Assembly (NCBI RefSeq): GCF_003704095.1
Contig: NW_020844212.1
Location: 1 to 64,000, forward strand
From: Pocillopora damicornis
Lineage: Eukaryota
Direction: 5' to 3'
Length of the DNA stretch: 64,000 bases
A model generated the notes under the pieces. The model was not told where the DNA came from. It saw nothing but the letters and a program-made list of their open reading frames with translations, and made no database searches. Positions 48,867 to 64,000 of the stretch are shown here, one piece after another. The first letter of the stretch is position 1, and every line of letters begins with the position of its first letter. Position numbers and translations under genes: made by a program.

Positions 48867-51800
48867 CAAATTTTTGTCAAGGTCCCGTATGTAATGAGGC
48901 GCGCAAAGCGTTAAGGGTATACTCTCAGTTAACCGCTGAATGGTATAATTGGCGGCGCAAATGTAGAGGAATGGATGAGCTGGGTCATACTACTATTGAC
49001 GGTCAAAATAGACATTTAAGAGTTATTTAAGAATTAAAATGGCCTTTTTTTTTCACATTAATCAATATTAAGCTTATTAAATTTCTCTTTTACTATATTA
49101 TGAGCTGGTAGTAAAATAAAAAAGTCCGAAGTCAAAGGGTAGTCAAACGAACCATTGGGTATAAAATTTTAGAGGTATACATCATGACTGATAACTGGTA
49201 AGGAAAGAGAAAAACATTCAATTCAACCTAAATTAACACAGGAGACTAAAAGAATTGCAAAAAATTATCATCCATACTTAAGAGAGAATCACACTTTCCA
49301 CTCTAATACGTCGAAAAGCCCATCAATCCACGAAACGATCCAAATTATAAGTGACTGAAGAATTAAATTTTCTAACCGGAATTTCCGGTCTGTAAATATG
49401 CACAGCAAAGGTCGCCGTACATAGTGTGACTATCCCATGAATAAGCTCAAATTAGATTGACATGTTGGGATCAAATTTATCAGATTTATGGCTCAAGGCT
49501 GAGGTGAAGACAATTTTTAGGTACTTTATTCCGACCGAGTAAAGGCGAGGCGGCCGGAAGCTAGTGTGGATGGTTTGCAAAATTTTTCTTTTTTTCTTAT
49601 CTATTTTCCAGTTTCTAAGAAGACAGTTCCTTTGCTTACATTGAAAGGTTGGTATATGAAAATTCTTCTTGAGAGAGTAGGTTATAAATAGTCTACTAGT
49701 CTTAAATATTAACTGCATAGTTCTCGCTCAAGTTCCGACGGCTCGCATGAAGACGACACGATGTGTGGGCCAGAAATTCAGTTTAGGAGTGCAAAGTGGG
49801 AGTATATCATAACTGGTTTACACGAAAGGAATACTGAGAAACATTTTATCAATAACGCTGAAGAACTAGAGTTTCTGTGTCTAAGAAAGAGTAGATTTCA
49901 TTAAAATCCCGGCTTCTTAAATGTCGTGAAAAAATAACTATAAAAAGCAATAGCAATGTTGAAAGAGCTGATTTTTGGAAAAAGTTTCGGGTCGTCTACA
50001 AAGTCTGGCGGTCAACGTTGTCAAAAACCCTACCACGGAATTATTCTGAGGCTTCATTTACGAGAACTTTATGAGTGCTCACTTCGCTATCGGCACAAGA
50101 AATATATCTATTTTCGTTTATCGAGTCTAAAATTACAACCTTCAGCTCTCTTTCATCGCATGACTCCTGCGTGGGTAACGACCGTTAGACAGTGTCTTTG
50201 GAGGTCTGTCATGGTGGTCCATGAAAACTTCGATTTGGTATCATATCAGATCCTTTCGTTTTAAAGGCAAAGGTATGCAAAGTGTTTGTTACCTAACCGG
50301 TCTCGTTTGCGTGGGACTCAAACAAAAGAATGAAGTTTAACGTACGAGCATTTACGTCTGGGGCTCAAAATAAAACAAACATAGAATGGAATATTTCCTC
50401 CTATGAGCGGATTAATACAAATTTAATGCGATCGTGCTTTGAACGATCTTTTTTTTTCTTTCCTTTCTTCGAACACGGTATCTTAGTTGTTAATAAACAG
50501 ACAACGGAGACGGATTTGTATCACAGCGACGAAGACCTCAGTTGTAGTGCAACCCTCTGTTTGAGGACTTCGAACAAAGGGCGTCAAATACGAGTTGATC
50601 ACGTTTACGAGCTTAAAAATATATTACTTAACTGAGGTCACCGTATTAATTGCTGTTATTAGTAAATAGACGGTAGAGAGATTTGTATCGGAGCAACAAA
50701 TGAGTTAAGTGTAACAGAACCCTGATCTTTTGCTCAAGACCAACTGTCGGTAAAAATGGAACAAAAGGCGTTAAATATGTGTTTATAAGCTTAAAAAATA
50801 TATTGCCCGTTGAGGTCACGCTATTTTTCAGATTAACTATTCTTCTTCGTCTTAAGGTATGTAAAAATCACCAAGGCAGCCGCTTGTTTCCAAACAATAC
50901 GAACACTCCAGAGTCAATTACAGTTTTCCTTTACCACACCACCACCCGCAAAACCCTCACAGGTTTCAATGACATCTACCCAGAAAATTGTGCCTCGTCA
51001 TGCAGGGTATTCAGATGTAGCTCGTAATATTCCCTGCTCCCCTCCTTTCAGAGAGCAGTTTGCGTGCTAGTACTAACGGCTGAAATCAATCTATACGCAA
51101 TAACAACTCAATTTACGACAAGCTAAAGCGCGCTAAAAACGTTACCAAGCGCGATGTGGTTTTAGATTACAACAGAACGTCTTACAATCCTCTTTGTTTG
51201 TTTAAGCCGAGATTAATATCAACAATAAGGTCGATCGAGGTTTGCACGCGGATATAAGAGTGAGTGAAGTGTTTGGAAGGGTTGATTGAAATTAAGAAGG
51301 AACATAAAGAAAAATCAGACATATCGCAGAGCATGGAGAGTTAGGAACTTTCTCCAACAAAATTAACTGCTTGAAAGTAATGGATCTCTACCAAGTGAGT
51401 TTATTCTTTCTTATAGATCAAGGACACTGTATATTTATAGTCAGTACGCATCAAAAACAACAACCTTCACTCTGCACATTTCACCTTTCATAACAGTTGG
51501 TTTTTCTCACGACCACTACAGTAACCTTTCTTTGGTATTAATAATTTGTCTCCGCGAGAAAAATACATCAATCACCCTGACGTATTCAATGGGCTTTTCC
51601 AGGACTTAGAAGACGAAGAAAGATATTTTATTTGTCTAACACATAATAGTGAAGAGGTCAAAGAACTCTTCTTAGCGATTTATTGAGTTCTTTTCTGTAA
51701 CGTGAAAATTTGCTTTACAAGAGAGGGAAAGCACAAAATATCGGTTTGATAAGATGAGAGAACACAGAAATTTGAAGAATAAACCAAAAAAAAAGATTAA

Positions 51801-54800
51801 CAAGAGTAGAAATCAAGTGACAATTGGCTATAAAAATTTAGGCTGACTTTTTCGAGGTGCTCGAACAGTGATGTTGTTCCTTTAATCCTTTCACTGGTCA
51901 CTGCCTAAGAGCTACCAATTCTCCTTACAATATTAATACATTGTCAAGCGGTGAAAATGAAGAAAAACAAGTGAATGTTACTTGACTCAGAACTAACGTG
52001 GCGCTAAACAAGAGACAGAGACAGGAGAATTGATGTTTAGATGTTGCGCTGGATCGAGAGTGTTGGTGACGGACGCTACGAATAAGTTGAAACAAAATGC
52101 AGAGCTGAGCTTTCGTAAAGTGACACCACATCCGTGTTACATAATATATAAGTTTTTACTTTTTTCCGGCTTAAGATCACAGACAATAGTTGATAACCGA
52201 GTGCAATTATGTCATCTGAAACTTTCGGATGATCGGCTCTGGACTCAGTCAATAGTAAACCGCAAATCTGGCAGAAATGACAAGAGCGGTGATATTCAAC
52301 AACTTTCCGGTACCTAAACATTCATAGTTCTTGAGATCTATAATAGGCTTTGAACGATCAAAAACTTTTTGGGTGAAATTAAACCGCGAAAAAATTGGCC
52401 TTTAAAGAGTAACTTTTTCCTTAAATGCTTGGTTCCGTGATGTCTTCCTGATTTCCCCATAAGACAGCTCGGGAAATCATTTCGCACACACCTGTTCCGA
52501 AAAGAATTAAGTTTCTTTTCTGTCGTATTTACATGTACCGTGATCTGCATAATGACTCATTCTCTATATTTGAATTTCCATGAAAGGAAGGTTCAACGCA
52601 TCACATGAACTTAAATGAAGAGGATTTCTGCGGAATTAAGACGAGGCCTTGACAAATTACGAGGAGGCCAATCAAATTTAAGAAAAACTGACAGGTAATA
52701 AGCTCACACGCAAGAAACAGTCACTTTCTTGAAGTAACATGGTGAATATTTATCCAACAGGAGACAATGCGTCCGGTAAGACTCGATAATTTGTATAAAA
52801 CCTTTTGCTATGTCTCGGATCGTTCAGCATTTCCGTATCTAGCTGTTATTAACACTTATCAACTTCTGAGTTACAATAGAGATTTCATGTAAGAGCACCA
52901 AAGAAACCTATCGAGATAAACCGATAATGCAGAGGAGGATTTTGGTTTCACTCAGGAAAATCGATCTGTAACGTTAGACAACAAAACAAAGGGGATGAGA
53001 TTTTGTTTTGAAGAGTATACGTTCAGATCAGAACTCCTGATCACAGCCTCCTAATTCTCACAGTTTCGTTTTTCTCGACAAATGGTTACAAATTAAATCT
53101 CAATAATGTTTCAACCGGCTGCCTCAGCCGGATTTGACTGGTTTGGCGGATGATAAGCTTACAGAGCTCATATGCTTCAAAAGAGGAAGATTTGTTTTGG
53201 TAGATCAGAAGCTTTTTAACTTTTTATATAAAATATGGGTCCCCGTGTTTCAGGTTTCCGAATCGATGTAATGTTTACCAGGCCGGAAGAATGTGTTGCA
53301 CGTTCCAATCATGTGTGCTGCTGAAAGTTAATTGCAACGCACGTACGAAGCTTTGTGTTTCCCCTTTTCGTTAAATATTACAAAGGTTTCAGTTATCTTG
53401 CTCATGTCTAAAATCATTCTAAATATATTTAAATATGAAACATGAAAGTTCCTTTTGGGACGACTGCCTTCGATGTATGAACATAAATAATTTTCTATAT
53501 CCGTTCATCTATTTGAAGATTCTGACATTTATTTTAGAGATAAGTCTTTTTTTTTTTTTTTCCTTCCTGGTCCTGATAAGATTAAGCAACCGACGATAGA
53601 GAAGACTAATTTATCGCGGTTACACTCTCACTTGACACGTTAAAAACCTCATTTTCCATGAATTTTCATGAAACATTTTCACGGGAAAAGGGCCATGAAA
53701 ATAAATAATATGGGATGCCCTGTGTGGTACTAATTAAGGAAAGATCTTTTGGAAAAAAAAAAGGATCGGATTGTAAGTGACTTAGCTTCGTTTTGCGTCA
53801 TTTACAGCTGATCTCCTCGGGGTATTTTGAAATTGTCAGCATCTAAATTATTGTGTTTCTTCCTCGACTTTATAGCTCGCACGTACTGTCTATGACAAGT
53901 GTTGCTAAAGGGCAGTAGTAAAGCCCCAACCACACCGCACCTATTTAAAACGTTATTTGCTAATCCAAGAAACATTCTCCGTAGCAGTCTGCTCCCTCTC
54001 CTGTTTGCCAAATGGTAAAACTGTGAATAATTAGGCGTAATTCGAACGAATGATACATCGAGAGAGAAAAAACTTTTCTTTAGTAGCTTTAACACCTTTG
54101 CGTGACTTCCACTTAACTGAAAGAGATGAGACTAATATTTCACCTAAAAAAAACAATTTTTATTACTTCAAAAGCTAAACAGAATAAGTAGAAATTTCCT
54201 AATGAAAGCCGGCGCAAACTAAAACTAGGATTTCAGTATTATTAAAGGTAAATTTTCCACTCCAATTTTTCTCCGAGATATTCCTTTCCAAGTGCAATGC
54301 TTACTTTTCCATCCTCGTTACAAGAAAACAACTTAGTCAGTTCATGTGTTAATTACGTCATAAAAACTGGATCTCAATTTTTGCAGTTATTTTGCAAATG
54401 TTTCGTTCCTTGTTAAAAAAAGATTATTGCCCAGTATGAAAAAAAGAAAAATGGCAGCAAGAAACCTTGCAGAATTTTATTTCACTCTAAGAATTCGACT
54501 GTGATCTCCGAAAAAGAAAAAAAAAAACCTTCATCTGCCAAAAATTAAACTTTAATCTTCGTTTTCCTTTATTTTTGAGCACAAATTTGAAGCACTAATA
54601 GTTTTGCACTTGCCGCAGAAACTATTTACTTTCATTTATCGCTTTTCTTTGATAAAACTGTCAAAGCGAAAGCTGTTTGAAGTATATTTTAAAACACCAA
54701 ATTGTATGGTTGCCGGAAAGGATAAAGTTTCCCTTTTAATTGCTGCCAGATCGTTGTCATTTACTCCATGTGGATAACAGCGATCATGAAATTTCGCTGA

Positions 54801-55864
54801 CACGTGCCACTTGTATGGCTGATTATACTTGAAAAATGACTGGACAATTGTTTTCAGAACATCACTAAAGTTCCGGTCCACAGTCTTTTAAAACTTCATT
54901 TGCATCAGAAGTGTGCAGCGAGTGGCAAAATAGGATGACAGATGTTTAAGCTTAGTTTGTGGTGTGAAGAAGTTTCAATTCACGAAGCTTTGTCTTCGCG
55001 TCTGCCAAATTTTTCACGTCGAGAGGAAACATAGGGGAGAAATCAATTTAATTTTTCATCCCTGTGGCAAATTTCGTGAAGGGAGACTGATACAGAAGAG
55101 CCCAGGTGAGGTGTTTTTCGGAATAAAATCTCGATATATTTATCGCCGCTGTTTATTCACTTGAGATTCAATATGAATCTGTCAGAAGGAAGCTTTGTCC
55201 GCGACATCGAACCGTAAGCTTCTTAGATTTTTCCACCGAAATGGAGCCGCCAGAATTGATATTGACGTGATACGAACGGATTGGATGTAAACACTTCTAA
55301 TGCCACAGCCCGCCTGTTTCACATCGGTTATGAAAAATTCACTGAGGACATCGCAGGGTTTCACAGAAGGTTCAAATCAGCGATTCATTGATTTGTTCTC
55401 TGTTTTCCGCCTCAGGGAGACGCGTTTAAAATATCTTTAGAAACTAAGCGAGCCCCACGAGCCACGCATATGTTTTCGTCGCTCCATGCTGACATTTTTT
55501 TTTGTCAAAATGCAAATGTTTTTATTCTTAAACATTAACTGTTTTCGGTGTATTAAAACCAATATCACTTCGGACCTGCAAAAATCGATTCCTGTCAAGA
55601 GGATTAAACGGCCAATTTAATCTGGCGCTCTTTGGTTTCGTACCTCTTGGCAAAAGCTAATATTCTGCCTGCAGAACTGACTATAATTAAGCTACGATTA
55701 TTCAATATCGAGGTTCGAAAACATCTTTAAACTAAAAATTTCTAATTGAGTTCTTCATCTGATCTGATAAACAGAGAACCCACGCTAGCGCCACAATGTA
55801 CCGGAACAGATTCTGGTAATACACACTTACCGTGTGAACAACTTGTCGGGATTCAAGTGACATT

Positions 55865-56455
55865 ATGAAACGCTTATTCCGCGCGCTCACAGATACCAGT
55901 TGTCAAAAGCGCCGGAAAAGAAAGCAAAGAAAAACAAAGCACTCTAACCATTTGAATGAAACAATGGGAGCATGTCTGGACTTGCAGAGCTCTGCCCCTC
56001 TAAAAATTCTGCTGGTTCCATGCGAATCTCAACCGTCTTCTGCAACAAGATACTGGATTGTGGATACAAGAAAACAGGGCAAAATTCCCTTCTTTGGGTC
56101 TAACAGGTGCAAAATTGTGCAACATATGGGCAACAGAGTTACGGAGCCCTTTCATGGACATGTCACGACGAGAGAAGGACGAACTATCATTAAAGGGTTT
56201 TTAACAGACGGAGCCGTTGAAGGGAAATATTTTGAACTCGTGTTGCAAGCTTCTCCGCAACAACTAAACCAACCCTACCGGAAAAATTCTGCAAGAAAAG
56301 CTTCATTGTGCGGATTTCTTCAGCGCAGTACAAAAGATGAATTTGGTTCATTCGAGGAGACACATGACGCATTTTTACATACAGAGGGGGAAACCAGCGA
56401 AGTTTTTGACACACAAGAAGAAATTCTGACATTTGCAGAGGAAAAAGTTTCCTAA
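55865..56455 (+). CDS. Hypothetical single-exon protein (196 aa, or 163 aa from MGAC at 55964)
   Basis: Isolated 591-nt ORF in AT-rich intergenic DNA with protein-like composition and a candidate upstream acceptor (aaacag at ~55773). No family recognised. Confidence 0.55.
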   Translation: MKRLFRALTDTSCQKRRKRKQRKTKHSNHLNETMGACLDLQSSAPLKILLVPCESQPSSATRYWIVDTRKQGKIPFFGSNRCKIVQHMGNRVTEPFHGHVTTREGRTIIKGFLTDGAVEGKYFELVLQASPQQLNQPYRKNSARKASLCGFLQRSTKDEFGSFEETHDAFLHTEGETSEVFDTQEEILTFAEEKVS

Positions 56456-57860
56456 TTTCCTTAAAAGTTGTACGAGGCGTCATTCTGCTAAAGAGGTCTG
56501 GTTTGGTTAAACTATACACTTACGTGGAGTTCAATATAACCGCGGAGATATTGTTTCTTGATTTTATGCCGGCAAGATTGTTAAGAATATGGATGTCACA
56601 GCATAGAATTCTTAAACTTTTTGTTTACAAAATAGACTGACATAGACCCTAGATGGTGAAGAAATGTTGCGTTAACCTTAGATATTAAATATGATTTGAA
56701 TTGAGGAATTTGTTGATGGTTAAAAATGGTATTTAGCCGACTGTGGCACGAATTAAACATGGATTTAGGAAGGTGGTCTGTTTTCATGATTCTCATCGAG
56801 CGACAACAAAATCGTTAGCAACGCATGCTGCGAGGAATTCAAACATCTAATTTATTATATAGAACCTTAAAGTTTCGTTTACAATGTTTATTTTTTTTCT
56901 CTAATTAGTATAGATTGAATGCCGTATTGAATACTTAGTAGATTCCTCTAATCACTAATATTATTCAAGCTGAACTTTGCACTATCTCATTTACTCCAGT
57001 CAACATAAGCTACCGTGCGCTTGACAATTTCTTAGGCATCTTAAAACTCTTTAGCGTTTACAATTGGCTTCTTAACTCTGAAGCATTAATTTCTGATTCT
57101 TAGTTTTTGGATAGGTTAAAAAGCAATAACTTTTAAGGTCTTTTTTTCAGTGACTCGGTGATCGTGAAACATCCTGATTACTTTCAGCTGCAGTGTAGGC
57201 GTAAATGATTTACATTTTTTAAGTCTGTCAGACATAAAAAGAATTTCGAAAAATTCTACGCCTTATCTGCATGCTGTATTAGTTTAGCGCCATTACTAGA
57301 ATAAGCCTTAATTTTTGACGCAGTTTGTAATGTCTACCGCTTTCTTCCTCTTATTTTGCGGCTAATTAAGTGAGAGTCTTGAGTCCACTCTATCACGTGC
57401 GTATGGCCAAGGAAAAAATAGCCTTTTCCTGATATCTTGCTAATTTGATTTCTTCGATCAAAAAGGTTATTGAGAACGCAATCTAAAACTAAACATTTCG
57501 TCTTGCTAACTATTATGCTTGAGAATGGAATGACGACTTAGTGAAACCGGCTCAAATTTTTGTCGGAAAAAAAAGAAAACGCTACATTAGCTATAGTTCG
57601 CTTATCCGATCAAAAGGCTTTAGTCAGACCGCCATTCAAAAATTGTCACGTCGTCCTGCAAGATATCATGTTTGAGAATGAGGTAAATTCTGCGTCAATT
57701 TGAGTTCAAAGTCCACCAAGAGAAATTGCCTCCCTTGAATTCTTGATATTTGGATTGGTACGATCGAAACGTCTAGTTTGGCCACACTCTCAAAATTATT
57801 TTTCTTAAATGTCTGATGAGACCACAATCTAAAAGTTAGTATGTCGTCGTGGCTAATATT

Positions 57861-58220
57861 AGGGACCTTAAGCAGTCAGGACGGCAACGCCAAGGAAGAC
57901 TTCGATTAAAAAAATGAATTTCTACTTTGAATTAGAATTTCAAAAATGGCTGCATTTGTTTACTGTCTCATACGGCGCCACACCTCAACTTCAGCATAAC
58001 GTATAAGCGTTGAGTTCCAAATGGAAATTCAAATAATTTGCAGTCGTGGTTTCGGTTCGCAGACGACGCAAATTGTGGTGATTTCACGTTGTTGCTTTGC
58101 ATAGGACAGCTAAGAAATGTACAAAATTTTAAACGCACGTGCTGAGCTATTCTGCCAATTAGATCTTTTATTTTTCCATGTCGTCGCTGCCGTCGCCGTC
58201 GTGATTTGCTTAAGGTCCCT
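57861..58220. mobile_element. Non-autonomous DNA transposon (MITE)
   Basis: TIRs AGGGACCTTAAGCA / TGCTTAAGGTCCCT, flanked by ATT on both sides. Confidence 0.7.
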
Positions 58221-58809
58221 ATTACGCTCGAGAATGCAGCAGGTGTTGACGTTTGATCGATGGAACGGGCACGACCTTAACATGAACTCATTACCAGGCT
58301 CCTCCCTCAAGCCTCTGATAACGAGGCTGACAAAGACCTTAATTGAAAGCTTTTCAATCTGATTTTATTTATCATCCATATTTTTCTTTCAACAGCAACC
58401 CTCGTAAAGTGAAAATATTCCACCTCCGGCTCCTGATCTTGATATTGTGTTCTTTTTTAGCACTTTGACGTAGCGATAGTCTTGATCTCAGAGGATCCCA
58501 GAGCTAGAAAAAGCTGTAGACCACACCCTTGTGAAAAGGAAAAAATGATTGCCATCTTGAAAACGCCCCCTCTCAAAATGCTGACACTAACCACACGGTG
58601 TTGACACAGCCTATTTATTGACAGTTCTTGTTTTGAGAACCCTTAAGGCTTCTGGTTACTCCTTAAGAACTTGGTCCTCAGTTCTCTTCATTGAAACAGA
58701 TGTAGTCTTTTTTATGGCATACCGAAATATTTGAAAAATTACACTTGTTTTGCAGGATAAGAGAGTTTGCAGGTAATGCGTGCCTATATTAGCAACGCGT
58801 TCCATGTAG

Positions 58810-62758
<3,949 letters not shown>

Positions 62759-64000
62759 TAGAGAGGCTTAGTAGTTTAGCTTCTGTTAAAAAATATTTTA
62801 TGAAGAGGTGTGGGTTTCAGATGTACTCTCAATCAGTCAACCAAAGAGGGTTAAAATACTAAACTGAGGTGCCATAGGAATGCGCCTCCATTGCATGCGT
62901 ACTTGAATTGGTATCAAGAAAGTTGACATTTACTCAAGAATGAAGGATTTCCTAGGATACCAGTCAAATAATATTGCTGATTATGGCTGAGAGTAGGAAT
63001 TAAGTCATTCACAGGTGCAACTGGGAAAACAGGAAATTACATACTTATCAACTTGGTAAAAAGAATCTGTTAGAAAGGTACTAATAACCCAGAACTGTGA
63101 CCATTAATGTGTTTAATGATTGTAACCTCTTAAATGACTTCAATTTGTTGTAAGAGGTACCTGCCCTTTTCTCTCTCTCTCGAAAAACGTTTTCTTATTT
63201 TGGGGATTAACGAAAATTGTTTTAGATCAATAAAACTTGCTGTGTGCGTGGGTCAGTTTTCAGAACATCTTTATAAATTTCATTTAGTTTTACAAACGAG
63301 ATCAAGAGGGCAATCTGTACATCTGAGTGCTATCATGAGTTTTATTAAGAATAATACAAATTAACAATAGTTAAGATAACTATAAAGAATTTTCTTTATA
63401 TATTTAAAAATATGGTTACTTACAGTTATAACAAAATAAAAGTATTGTAGTAGAATATGGCCACAAATTTATTTCATGAGTATGATATTCTTTAGGGAAC
63501 TGAGAGAACTTGTAAGATAATTCTAGCATTTAAACCTAGATATAGTGGGCTCGAAATACTTGAAATTCGCAAACGAGCTGAGTAATTATGCGTGGTTTCG
63601 TTTGTTTTCCATAGCTCAGTTTTTTTGGTCCTCGGAATCAGATTCATATGTTACAAAGAAATAATAAAACAGCAAAAACAACCAGCAAGATTAAAATTTC
63701 TTGCTTATTGTCGTCTCTTGAAAACGCGGTTGTTCAAAAACATTTCAATCCCTGCAACAAATACCAGCACTGACAGATTGATATGATTAAAAAAAAGCTT
63801 ATAAACATGCCATAAAAATAACTTGACGAGTCTTATGTTATGTTCCGTTGTTCTATCTAGTTCTAATTTTGTTTTCTTTTGTTCTAAAAAAAGGAACAAA
63901 ACCAGTAACCCGTGTTTACACGACGAATGTTCGCCACGCAACTTAAATAACTCGGGTTCACTCGCGGGTTTAAGTTAAGAGCTCCGTGACATTATCCGGA

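Overview
AT-rich, intron-containing animal genomic DNA from a gappy scaffold. The repeat families (TTAA-flanked CCCT MITEs, tRNA-headed repeats, hammerhead-bearing Penelope-type palindromes) point to a scleractinian coral, possibly a pocilloporid (inference). Recognisable genes: DHX38/PRP16 (minus, incomplete, two exons on an inverted contig), a single-exon BTB-BACK-Kelch gene, RPL14 (minus), a complete 9-exon DPM1 and a 196-aa orphan ORF. The first ~14 kb holds a triplicated block and a decayed ORF with a 2A-like motif ahead of herpes-tegument-type (peptidase C76-like) deubiquitinase domains. The most striking element is a pair of paralogous spliced genes. Their reconstructed architecture is DED, linker, N-half of an uncharacterised beta-rich domain, four tandem ubiquitin-like domains, a tandem array of frame-preserving 33/39-nt microexons, then the C-half of the same beta domain. 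Most microexons are followed by a copy of a self-complementary G-rich/C-rich intronic motif, which suggests a combinatorially spliced, death-fold-coupled protein. Contig order and orientation across the N gaps is clearly unreliable, so large-scale arrangements need long-read confirmation.
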